A DNA stretch of 64,000 nucleotides from Nemertoderma westbladi (GCA_032718475.1 JAUCBJ010005005.1:1-64000), one strand, 5' to 3'; shown: positions 49,001-58,027, numbered from the stretch's first letter. Translations and numbers: made by a program. Notes: a model not told the origin generated them from the letters alone.

Positions 49001-50905
49001 CGAAGTTAAACGATCGTACGCTAGTTCGAAGGCGTCCGGTACACCAACGAAGGTCTCTGCCAAACGTTTAGGTTCTCCTGACAACGTTTGAAGCAGGTAA
49101 TTAAACTTCTCCCGTGATGTAAAGGCGCACACGGCGATCTGAGATTCGATATAGTCTACGAATGTGTGCCAGTGTTTTGAACTACCGGAAAACTTCGGTG
49201 GTTGTTGTACCGGCAATCCTTGCCTGGCTGCGAATTTCGCTATCTCCTCGGCAACGTTCAGAGTTTCGCGTCCTTGGTTGGTAACCTGGTTGGTGTTCTC
49301 CCTTCTTGGCGCTTTTCCCTGATACGATGTATGTTTTGAAGGTACCGGTCTTTGTGGTTCCTTCGGGTGTCTATTGTGTTCGAATTCGGAATTTCTCGAA
49401 CTGTCGGTGTAACCTTCCTCCAGACGCTCCTCGATCTGAGCCAACTTGTTAACAACTGGTCGCAGGATGTCGGCGAACTGTTGTGCACTGATTGCGTCCG
49501 TTGGTTGTAACGCCTTCTGTGTTGGTGTATTCTGTGGAGGATTGTCTACAAAGGAGTTATCTGAACGCTCGCGTTTATATTCATCGGCCGCCCCTGTTCT
49601 AAATACCTCGCGTTTCGGGTAATCCGATTCGCTCGAAGTACTACTATCATCTGGATATGGTGGTCGACGTGCTCGCGTCCGTTGCGTCGTACGAATTCTA
49701 ACATTTCGCTTTGGAACATCGTCCACTGATCTCCGTTGTTCGGTAGGCTCACAAGTCTTCCTCGAAGTCGTAGATTGCGATGTAAACTGATTGAACGGTC
49801 GCGTATCCACTGTTCTCCATTGTTCGGTAGGCTCACAAGTCTTCCTCGAAGTCGTAGATTGCGATGTAAACTGATTGAACGGTCGCGTATCCACTGTTCT
49901 CCGTTGTTCGGTAGGCTCACAAGTCTTCCTCGAAGTCGTAGATTGCGATGTAAATTGAACCAGTGGTCGAGTAACAGCGTTTGAATCCAAAGGCCTTGTT
50001 GGCCTAAACGTCATTGGGTAAGCATAGTGTGTAACAGGTTTTGGCGTCAGAGGTGGACTCACCTGTTTTGTCGTCAGTAGTGCAGGTCCGACTAATAAAC
50101 TACTACGATCTGTAATCGGCGGGTTACTTACCTTTGGAATAGGCGACGACGTTGCTCTTGGCGGTGTAAACTTGTCCGGAATAATAAACCTGTGTTCCGT
50201 CGCACCATGGATAGGAGAAATATCACTACTACCCGCAATCGAAACAGGTTTCTTAGTTGTAACTGGTGCGAACATAGGGGTTACTTGAGGGAATCTTTGA
50301 CATAAGTCCTTTACTAATTGTCGTTCCCGTCCAGGTGCTCCTATCGAACCTTCCTTCATTCGTTCCTGGATTTGGCGATGCCTTACCTCTATCTGGTCCA
50401 AATCATGTCCGTCACGAGATCTCATCGATCGATCACGGGCTAGAAGATCCAGATTTTCCTTGGTTTCGGCTAATTCTCTCGCCCTTTTCTCAAGTTCGAA
50501 ACGAAGTTTAACTTCCTTTTCTCGTTGTTCCGTTTGTTGTTGTTGCGCCTCGAACTCTGCTTGTCGTATCGCTTGTTGGGCTTTTATTTGCCGTGTCTTC
50601 ATCTCGACTCTGGCTTCTGAAACTAACCTTTTTCTTTCTAACTCTGCCGCTGCCGTTTGTCGCTCTAACTCGGCTGCCGCCGTTTGTCGCTCTAACTCGG
50701 CCGCTGCCGCTGCCGCTGCCGTTTGTCGCTCTAACTCGGCTGTTGCCGTTCGTTGCGCTAACTCGGCCGCTGCCGCTTGTTGGGCAATGTCCAACTCTAA
50801 CCTTTCCATTTCGGCCGCTTCGAGTTCGGCTTGTTCCTGCAGATGAGAGATTCTCGCTACATTCGCAACACGTATTTTCTCTTCCTCTACCGCTGTTTGT
50901 ATCAT
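43034..50905 (-). CDS. Element D Gag-Pol polyprotein, BEL/Pao family (2623 aa open; true N-terminus lies upstream and is disrupted)
   Basis: Gag PPKFSGS, knuckle CWRCTRHGHVRKDC, protease AILDSAS, RT YYLPHH...FYVDD, Pao RNase H LHCFSDAS...NPADIASRG, integrase HHCC and GIDCF...YSDQG...VWERL, C-terminal RPTQRLVLL. Confidence 0.95.
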   Translation of the reverse strand: MIQTAVEEEKIRVANVARISHLQEQAELEAAEMERLELDIAQQAAAAELAQRTATAELERQTAAAAAAAELERQTAAAELERQTAAAELERKRLVSEARVEMKTRQIKAQQAIRQAEFEAQQQQTEQREKEVKLRFELEKRARELAETKENLDLLARDRSMRSRDGHDLDQIEVRHRQIQERMKEGSIGAPGRERQLVKDLCQRFPQVTPMFAPVTTKKPVSIAGSSDISPIHGATEHRFIIPDKFTPPRATSSPIPKVSNPPITDRSSLLVGPALLTTKQVSPPLTPKPVTHYAYPMTFRPTRPLDSNAVTRPLVQFTSQSTTSRKTCEPTEQRRTVDTRPFNQFTSQSTTSRKTCEPTEQWRTVDTRPFNQFTSQSTTSRKTCEPTEQRRSVDDVPKRNVRIRTTQRTRARRPPYPDDSSTSSESDYPKREVFRTGAADEYKRERSDNSFVDNPPQNTPTQKALQPTDAISAQQFADILRPVVNKLAQIEERLEEGYTDSSRNSEFEHNRHPKEPQRPVPSKHTSYQGKAPRRENTNQVTNQGRETLNVAEEIAKFAARQGLPVQQPPKFSGSSKHWHTFVDYIESQIAVCAFTSREKFNYLLQTLSGEPKRLAETFVGVPDAFELAYDRLTSIYGGTVSMARSVIEELCKGGAITKPVDLLKLADEIKNAITTLRSIGQLDYGNTPTVLLKIIGRLHHRLRREWRKIEYQREERGGFLKLEDVYLLISREAVVETRSNYTDQHIVAEGITLPSSNRQKPQTTSTKTATYATPTESRQFSDGSRVSAPIGTKQTRQQLSTDFSGCQYCEHLGKRYIGHKLRGCRQFRELNSEERRLQIRPLDSCWRCTRHGHVRKDCPNTDTCPSCGRNHDGLLHTDSHTPTKRFAREHPEAAARCDAAYRKRESKTTPTFVTHIEDCFSEQSGSSDEESEDDDVYSDGDEQPSIALLTTDQLKGFSVIPIKITGTKGSKRIYAILDSASSHSYVDEKIADVVTDLRQGKRVSYTVSSMHGQRAIPVTRVKLNLDSLLPKSQHSERERSLLPFKDLTFAATKDFSNLLGPVPEQSLEDRKYFRHLGVPECPVNYRSVAMLIGTDQFNLHQGWETRPSAVVAGNAYGCRTPIGWYTRAPVRTLDVSDEEDDVQSTCSLLTTNSIHSFSHDVNHTTLQSTKRDRRVTSMISHKEQLIHQRSLELGEKTSQLEIPSTTDDNAGRLASLPTPTTSTMPVEIDDDALRNHQMEQAALDKELTEKTIRWLEQDTAEPGSYELCMSEQEKQSLKIMEDTIRQTEDGHYEVGMLWRSQSPKLINNYPLALRRLHSIRQRLLKDEKAHLQYNTQMETYLTKGYAIRMTNPERVTDQTYYLPHHYVRHPDKPDKVRVVNDCAALFEGMSLNSELMDGPNMNNYLMGVIMRFRQRQVAFTCDVEAMFHQVRALERDRDSLRFLWYPEGDLSLPPTTYQMQVRVFGARDSPNCTMYALKQAARDQKHLYDPEIIRIVERDFYVDDGLQSCDTVERATTVAHQLRDCLAGGGFNLTKFASNSAELVDSFGTTEHGGGDIDLEFEPLPTTKVLGLFWDPNTDNFRVKVRLDSQENTLTKRSCLSKLSRLFDPLGFISPVILQARIYMRSIWKDGLTWDEPISSDQVDLWKTWEAELSSLEEYSIPRVYFPLQSTFPDNLELHCFSDASDNGFGVAAYLRRQVDSEAFDVSLITSKAKTMPTKYMTTPRAELQAATLSTTIVNLIQTELQSSLQIFYWTDATLVLFYINNDTLEFKTFVANRRAEILDRSIKEDWRHCPGPQNPADIASRGMMSEEFCKPENKEFWQHGPQFLQKSTQDWPPLYDNKSNTIPKDAEIKKPKKGKAKKKTTTAKLKKKPKAKWKAITSKVKRGRLASLSTPDISPDGQPDTLPDGQPDTLLDGQSDILPDISNALTNSKAAVSLLERPSIDKQPDTLPDVSPDTLLDSRLDTSNVLTNSEAAVSLLERPCIDKLPILTHLSNHKHGETSCITDVGSTYANVNTGVTLRSRDIPNLQPMVKPGINVGSKLSLPKPADPIEFKPPLTIDLQSTDNQGKKTKKDKLLVDPEGSTVNKGILTGGPVGPSSNSKPSKISIDLPDDVTNTHVDRIVNLTDSWTSACRKLAWIVRFVQYVKGKRDFTRRLTLTEIERCEIKLIRHYQLRYFAREFTSINQGQPIKSSPILSWSPIIYNDLICHKSRLQNIDFNTNFRYPIIIPQHHELQRAMILDAHLHLKHAGRHHCLSYLRTRFVLIRPSKALSSVTRTCIICKKVHSRIGTQEMSELPQARLQAFRPPFTETGIDCFGPIHTKRGRILVKRWGLIFTCMSSRAVHIERVMDLSTNAFILALRRFIARRGLVKCLYSDQGTNFVGARNEIARAFKKLDHDQISNELQPHKIVWKFNPPDSPWRGGVWERLIRSIKTAMAKVIPVNHILTDDQLTTLFVEIEAILNTRPIVLVPDDKQSQFALTPAHLLMQAPTTLTPISIPIESDSYGRKAWKITQLLANKFWEIWQNHYLPSISARTTWYNNTRALKPGDHVLLAEVNLKRRFWITGVILATHPSMDGVTRTVTVRTIDGRTVDRPTQRLVLLEETRNESGDYKSPPNTSK

Positions 50906-50930
50906 TCACTTGTGTCCTTCTGGGCTCCTC

Positions 50931-52096
50931 CCCGAGGCGCACCCACGAGGCGGACACCTTTCCACCACCCTTGGGGCCAGTCCGACAGATGTTATTATCA
51001 GACCGGGCCGGAGGGTGGCCTGATGCTTCCCGGGTTCTGTTTTCGGTCCCCCGATCACACCAGCACAGCTCGTCGAACGTGTAGCCAGATGGGCGGCTAC
51101 TGTCAATTTACTGTGGCCTGACTGTACATTGAGCCAACTCAAAGTATAACAAAGAGTCAACCGGCAGGTGGACCAGTCGATAGCGATCGAGCACCAAGGT
51201 CGCCCTTGGGCCTAACCGACGGTCTTGTCCCAAGCGGGCTTGCGCTACCCAACATTGGAATTTTGACACGTTTTCACCTGCCTCGCCGGCAGTATTGAGG
51301 GGACACCGTTCCTCAACAATACTGACTAGCTCGAAAGCTAGGAACAAGTAACCACTTACCCTTCCTGTACACGTGTACTCAACAGATGTTCACGAATATC
51401 AAGTACACTACGGTAAACACAAAATCTGACACATACCATGCACACACAGAGGACATAATCGGGTAAGACAAAATCGGGGTCAAATCAGAGGGGACAAATT
51501 GTATCGACGAGAACAACAGGAAAGAGTCGAGAGTACTTTATTTTACCGACAGGGTAAAATAACTTTGTGTGCACAAAGTATGCTGGGGTGCAGTAAAGTA
51601 TGGTCCTACTAATACCAGCGGCGTCTTGTCCAACTGGCAAGGGTTCCCATACCCACTCGCAGTGGCCACACATACAATCACGTGTACTCACGTACCCACA
51701 GCAACAGAAAGCTCAAGACCCGACGGTTTATTCCAATGCCACCAAAGACCAATCAGCTGAACATGGAGACAATAACATATAGTATCAAAAAAACGGAACA
51801 GCTGACGGTCAATGGAACCATCCAAGCCCCAAGCAAACTGCCACTGATCGCCCACATACAAAACATAGTTCGCGCCACATGAACCACAAATCACGCCATG
51901 CCACCACCCCTACTGTGTACAGGACTGGCAGTACGGCAACAGGCCGACTAGACGGTACCACGGCACCATGGCAATTCATGGTTCGTTAGACACGAGGGCC
52001 TTCAGTATCTCCCTTGCACTTAAACTCGATTTAACGTGCCCCCAGACCCTCACGAGTCCGCCGCCGCCTGTTACTGCCACCCCTATAGAGACCTCA
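50931..52096. other. Unclassified ~1.17-kb insertion in D gag (possibly a solo LTR)
   Basis: No long ORF; separates gag-like coding pieces. Flanked by cctc at 50927-50930 and 52097-52100; right end ...cctca. Confidence 0.4.
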
Positions 52097-54689
52097 CCTC
52101 TTTAGGTAGCAGTTGAGTTTGTTCTTCCATCTCGTGTTGCTGTCTGTAGAACTGTTGCTGTTGTCGAGCAACTTCTGACGTGACCATGCTTACCTCGTTA
52201 ATCTCGCTGCGAATACTCACCAGTGATTGATTCAGTATTCCCGGTGCCGATTCGATTCGTACGGGTGAAGTTTCCCTCGTATATTCCGGCACGGTTTCCC
52301 AATCTCCGACATCCTCGCCGCACCCCAGTTAAACATGAGTATGTGTTTCATATATGGTTGCCATAAATAATTCGACATGTGATACATATATGTAAATGTT
52401 ACAGTGTTGTCAAATGTGATCCATATGTGGAATGTTCACATGTGATACACATATGTTTTTTATGTGACAAGTGCGACAAAAAGAGTAAAAATTTAAACTG
52501 AGACCGACCAATCACTGGTGTGGGTCTGCATTTCCTATAGAGAGGTGGGGCGGGGGGGGGGGGTAGCCTACCTCAGTGCCATTATCCTATCCAATCCCTA
52601 CACCCTATCCTACGGCCCTACACCTACCCTATACATTTAGAGAAGGAAGCATCGGAGTATATATGACAATATTTAATCCATAGTGATATGAGAGTATCCT
52701 TAATAGATTTTGGTGATGATCCGTAAATTCGTATTCTATTAGTTAGATTTAATTAAGTTATCTAATTTCCAGCTATAATAGATTATTCATTTTGATAAAT
52801 CTTCGAAAATTAATTAATTCTAAGATCATATAAATGCTCATATGATATTTTATATCTAATTTTAAGACATCTTTTCCCTACAACATATATATACCACATA
52901 TGAAACATATGTTCAATTTTTTAACGGGATAAGAACTGCAATAGGCCTGCCTACCTTACGGATGGTATAGTGCAAGTATGTTATCTGTCTATGTCTGTAC
53001 CCCTTACTGATACTTAGCAGCGCAGATGACAATGCACAACCACAACCTGACAAGTGAAAACCACCATACAGTCATACATATGTTTGTCTAATTCTGTTAA
53101 TACAGCACTGTACAGTGCAAATGCACAGCACAATGTGCATAGTGCAAGGCAGAAAGCAGGCAAGTCACACACTGCATCACTGAACAATTGAGTGGACTAT
53201 GATAAGCGGTAGGCTTATGCAACGCATTATGCTGTTATGGGTAAAATATAAAATAATTTGCGATTCACTAGCTAAACTGCAAGCGACACGACGTGGTTAA
53301 GAAGAAAGATTGCAGGATCAGACTATGAAATGCCTATCATTTGAAGAATGTGTCCCACCACCAGCCCTCCAATGCAATAAACAAAACAATTGGACGATCG
53401 ACTATGGTTACTTCAATTTAGTGTCCATACAGCCTTCACAGATCATTCAAACCTTATAGCAGGCCTATGTCTGTATGTATTGATTATACATTATATGGTT
53501 AAATAGCCGGTACTTTGAAAATACAGTATAACAAAAAATATAGATTCAACGTATTATACTGCTGATTAAAACGATATTTGTTCTTAATGCAAAAAGCTGA
53601 GTAGTGACATCAACAAATTCCGCATCCCCCCTCGTTATTCTTTTCTGTACATGTATTACTGTAAGGCCTGTATTACCATAAGGCAAACATGTGTGCAACA
53701 TATAAAATCCATGTACTGGATTACAAAATTACGAATTGAATAGTTTATAGATTGAAATTTAACTTCGGAGTCTTGGCTATGGCTATTTCACATATGCTCG
53801 ACATATATTATTCACATGCGCATTCTCACACATTTATTTATGATAAATTCATATGTGCAACATATAAATACCATAAATGGCGATACACACATTCTAAGTG
53901 TATGTATCACCGCATGCGTGACATGTATTATTCATACATGAGCATAAAAACCCAATTTCCAGACACACCTATTCCATACAACATATATATACCACATATG
54001 AAACATAAGTTCATGTTTAACTGGGACATACGTAAGTGGTCCGTCAGATGTTTCAATTGTCCATCCAGTCGGTACAGTTCCTGTTCTTCCTCGGGCTGTA
54101 ATAATTCGTCCGAAACTGACTCACCTAACAACTGGTCCGCTTGTTCCTGTTGTATCTGTCTAATCGTCGACTTAAACTGAATCAGTTTCTCTCTAGCGAT
54201 CATTAGTTTCTCGAGGATTCTAAGTTGAGTATCCATGTCCTGTCTCTGTCTAGCTAGATCTTGTAGGCCAACTAGATTATCTACGGACTTATATACTTTA
54301 CTCTGTACTCTAACCTGGAGGGTGTAGAACTCGAATCGAGACATCGGAGCGGTCAACTCGTCTAATATGCGTTGGCCTTCTCCAATACTCCTGGTAATAT
54401 GCGCCATGTATCCACCGACGCTTCTAACCACGCTCTCCTGGCTTCCTGCTGAACTTACCATGTCCGTTTCCCTGTATCTAGGTTGCGGAACAGTTAGAAA
54501 GTCCTCGGTCCTGCCGTCGCCTCGTACTACGGCATCCGGTACTCCCGTTGGATGTACTGGTGACGCACACGGTGTAGGTTCGGTAGGCTCGCGAGTCTTC
54601 CCCTGTTGTTCTTCCGCTGCTGACTTATCCGCGTCACACGAGTCATAGTCGGTAGGTGTGTTCTTCGTATAGTCTTGTTTGTCACTCAT
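52097..54689 (-). pseudogene. Element D gag N-terminus (MSDKQDY...), split by the EnSpm-like element
   Basis: The start resembles B gag (MSDTKQ..CDLDRS vs MSDKQ..CDADKS). Removing 52324-54025 and one AC restores HLRM-CGEDVGDWETVPEY in frame. Confidence 0.75.
52324..54025. mobile_element. Non-autonomous CMC/EnSpm-like DNA transposon with CCCAG...CTGGG termini and 2-bp TSD AC
   Basis: TIRs cccagttaaacatga (52324-52338) and tcatgtttaactggg (54011-54025), with ac on both sides. Confidence 0.8.
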
Positions 54690-55487
54690 TTCGGTAGTTG
54701 TAAGTCAAGTAAAGTGAGTGTCAAAGTATCGAGTTTACCGTATTTATATCTAAACGGTACTAATTACAGTCATATAAAATTAGCCTACCGGCCGATTTTA
54801 TAGCAGATGGATAAAATTAGCCTAAACGGCCAATTTTACAGCAAATAAATGTCACGGAATAAGTATATAATAAAATTAGCCTAGCGGCCAATTTTATAAC
54901 AAATAAATCGGATAACGATATGCGTTATCAAAAGGTAAATTAAATACAATAATACGGACTAATTCAGCAATGAACAAAGAAATCATACGGAATGCATAAA
55001 TACTTGAGACAGTGGAACCCACAATAATTTTAACTAATACGGTAATGCCTAACTTATTTATGCAACTTTTCAAACTCACCCACTCCAATAATTCTCCAGA
55101 AAAACAGATTCCCAGATACAAACCGAACGTGAACCTTTCCGTTTCCAGCGTTGCGGACGAAACGCGATTTTCCCAACCAAAGTTGTTGAGTTATCTATCT
55201 CCCAAACTTGCTAAACACGGTCTTGCTCCCGTTACAGTCTAGAAATGAGTTCTGAATCCTGAAAAAACAAAAGAGTTAGGTTTTACTTTACGAAAATTTT
55301 GTACCGGTACAATATGGTATTTAAACCCTTTTAAACACCGGTATTCAATTCCAAAAATATTTTACGCGCGGTTCAAATCAAATTTTATTTCAAAAAATTA
55401 GCACTTAGCTAATCAAATATAAATTTTTACCTCAAAATACAAAATTTTCAAATAACTTTAGTCCTACCGAACCGTAGTTCAGTAAAA

Positions 55488-55498
55488 CACATTCCTAC
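55488..55498 (-). promoter_or_regulatory. Element D primer-binding position (GTAGGAATGTG): non-tRNA, complementary to its own LTR at 56526-56536
   Basis: cacattcctac (55488-55498) is the exact reverse complement of gtaggaatgtg (56526-56536; also 37049-37059) and abuts the LTR. Confidence 0.75.
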
Positions 55499-57411
55499 TA
55501 TTGGAAGAGACAGCAACAATACCTGCAATATCCTACTGTAAAGTTTGTGAATCAAATCATAAATCCGACCTTCTCACCAAAACAGTAAACTCTAAGTAAG
55601 CGAATATATTGCAGTATCGATCTCTTATAACCGGTGAGGCAGAAAACAGTCTACGAGCAGACAAACTTCGATGAAACAAAATCCCGCGCAGCGAATCCTA
55701 AAATCAGGCTGACTCACTGACGGACTAAGGGGCTCGTATACTTTGCCGCGGTGTGATTTATATGGTTGGGCGAAAGAGACGCTAGCTAGGTACAGAGGCA
55801 GAGATTTGGAGATGTCTAACTAGCGGGCAAAGCACAGTACGGACAAAAGTTAATTTTATATATTTTGAGGTGTAAATAATTTCTAACGCGCGTGTTAATT
55901 CTGAACGGTCAAAAGCAGTTTTGCTCCTTCACATATATAATTACTGGGTACGGTGTGCATTTTACGAATATTCTAATTTTGTAACTCGTAGGTCCAATAC
56001 TCACGAATGATAAGGTTCCTTTCCCTCTTGCGTATTTCCAGGACTCAAATTCAGGCATAAGGTTAATGCTACGCCCAGAATTCGGCAATTTTAGGTACCA
56101 GGTCCCTGATACTAAGAAGAGATGTGTTAGTTTACTACTGTAGGCGTACAGTTACTAATAGCTATCCTGGCTCCTATCTAGAATTTTAGTCACCCAGGTA
56201 GTCCGGGTAACTTCCTATTAGGGCGTTGGCGGGGACACGGTAGATGTTAGTATCCCTAATAGCCTCAATTTATTTGCGCCTAGCTGTAAACTGCCCTACC
56301 GCCTGAACGGTACAATCCCAATTCAGGTGAAAACACAGCAACCCCTCTAGCCTACAAGTTCTAATGCAATGGACACCGTTGTACTACAAATAGTCGCACA
56401 CGCACCTGCACTTAGCAAGAGTTAGGCGTACAGTTTGCTGCACCCTACCAATTTGTATGCTTCGTACCGGTGTGCCTACGTCCTATCTGCGTACTAGTAT
56501 CTGCCTGCTCTTTCCCTCTCCCCCCGTAGGAATGTGAAGGTCTACTGTGGGTTTTCCTGAATCAAGACAGTACAGTCCCTAAGATGTAATTTTAGGCTCA
56601 CAGCGTGTCACTACTTCTACCTTTTGATCTTTTGGTCTTACACTTAGGTAGCAAGGCGTCGAACGCTGTCTAACCTTTCAGGCGATGGGCGAATAACTCA
56701 AGATGGTATTGCGGGTTGTCTCTTGTCTACATTCCCCCGATGTTCCCGTTCATTGCTGCGGCCCGATCTCTAGCTGGCCATCCTGTCCCTTAGCTGGGTT
56801 CACCGTAGTGAATCATGGTAAAACAGATAGCTAAACTGGCTAAAACAGATAAAAAAGCAGATTAGCGATAATTCTGACTTTATTACAGAAGATATAATTA
56901 TAATACAATGTAATCTGAAATAAACTAAGCACGACAGAATTAAAGTGATGTGTGTGATAGATATTGAATGAGATAACTAATGAACAAATCGCACCTTTAT
57001 ATACTAAATTTGTGCCGCAATCAATCGAGAAAATTCTCGATTGTTCTATAGGTTCTAACAGGTTTTTAAAGATAGCTATTGGTCCAGCTAATATATAACT
57101 TGCACGACATTGGTTACAATCAAATAACTACAGTCTCATTGGTACAGACAAATGCAATTAATTTGTAGCGGTTAATTTAAATGAGTTGAAATTCTGCACA
57201 AAAATAATTCGCACTTACTAGGATTCGAACTCAATACCTACTACACATATAATTACCAACGCTCTACCGACTGAGCTACTGAACCACTTGACCAATAGGC
57301 GTATAAATAGAAATAGCAATACAAATGAGGACTCAAAGCAATCTTTACAAAGTTAATTCGAATAAAATAAAATTTTGAAAATCCACGGCATTTAGGGAAT
57401 ATAATTCTATA
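55499..57411 (-). repeat. Element D 5' LTR (1913 bp)
   Basis: Direct repeat of 36022-37914. Three minus-strand CCAAT boxes (~57078-57143) and TATATAAAG at ~57000. Confidence 0.95.
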
Positions 57412-57416
57412 GACCA

Positions 57417-58027
57417 AGTATTCCGGAACTCTGATCAAAGGTTTACTTAAGGATCGTTTGAGTCGAGCGAGCGTGGCTGGCACGTCGAACAGGTTTCGCT
57501 CAAAACTCCCTTAAGTATAGCGAGTGAAACTATGTTTAGCGCAACGTCTCCGCGGGTGTTTATGGCGTTCCGTTTGTTGATTGGGTCTAGGGCATTCATC
57601 GCAGTAATACCAAAGACGCGCGTCTTGTAAAGGAAACGCTGGCGACTTTTCTCCTGTTTTACAATATTCCTCCATCTGTTCGAAGCCATCCGGTACAACA
57701 GGTAGGGGTTGATTAGCGGTAAGATACATCATAGTGAAATACAATTGTATAAGTTCCATCATAGGATTAGGATGTATACCTTGCGGATATCGAGTTTCTA
57801 AATTTTGTTGACTAGCTACATTGAGATAAGTTTCTCTCAGGAACTCTAAATATTCGTAAAAGTTAGTACGCTTGTCTGGTTCTTCAACATCTTCTCTTTC
57901 GAGTCGGTTTCGAATAGAATTTTCATGTTCGATTCTCAGTTTGTCGTTCCGACTCCGCTGGGTGTGATATTTAAATAAAATCATCTCCCTTTCGGTATCC
58001 ACATCGTCCGTATCGATGCGTATAGCG
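57417..58027 (-). pseudogene. Element A accessory ORF remnant (N-terminal piece, truncated)
   Basis: DTDDVDTEREMILFKYHTQRSR...YYCDECPRPNQQTERHKHPRRRCAKH is near-identical to B 21230-21900. Confidence 0.85.

Larger units (their letters stand above)
36022..57411 (-). mobile_element. Element D: near full-length BEL/Pao LTR retrotransposon, ~1.9-kb LTRs with TA...TA termini, 5-bp TSD GACCA
   Basis: LTRs at 36022-37914 and 55499-57411. gacca at 36017-36021 and 57412-57416. GGAGCGG PPT abuts the left LTR. Domain order gag-PR-RT-RH-IN. Confidence 0.95.
9182..58027 (-). mobile_element. Element A: old 5'-truncated BEL/Pao-family LTR element (3' LTR plus accessory-ORF remnant) that hosts B, D and a piggyBac-like insert
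   Basis: Pieces 9182-9384, 31547-33360, 35337-36021 and 57417-58027 are colinear with and similar to element B and join at TSD-bounded insertions. No 5' LTR or gag-pol seen. Confidence 0.8.

Noticed and set aside
50900-50912. TGA-ATG at the start of the 2623-aa ORF as programmed stop-restart
   Set aside because: Alignment to B (EGAQRVL vs EGHK*MI) fits a CGA-to-TGA nonsense mutation.
43476-51894. Many short ORFs antisense to or overlapping gag-pol and within LTRs
   Set aside because: Shadows of the long coding frame or LTR sequence, with no motifs.
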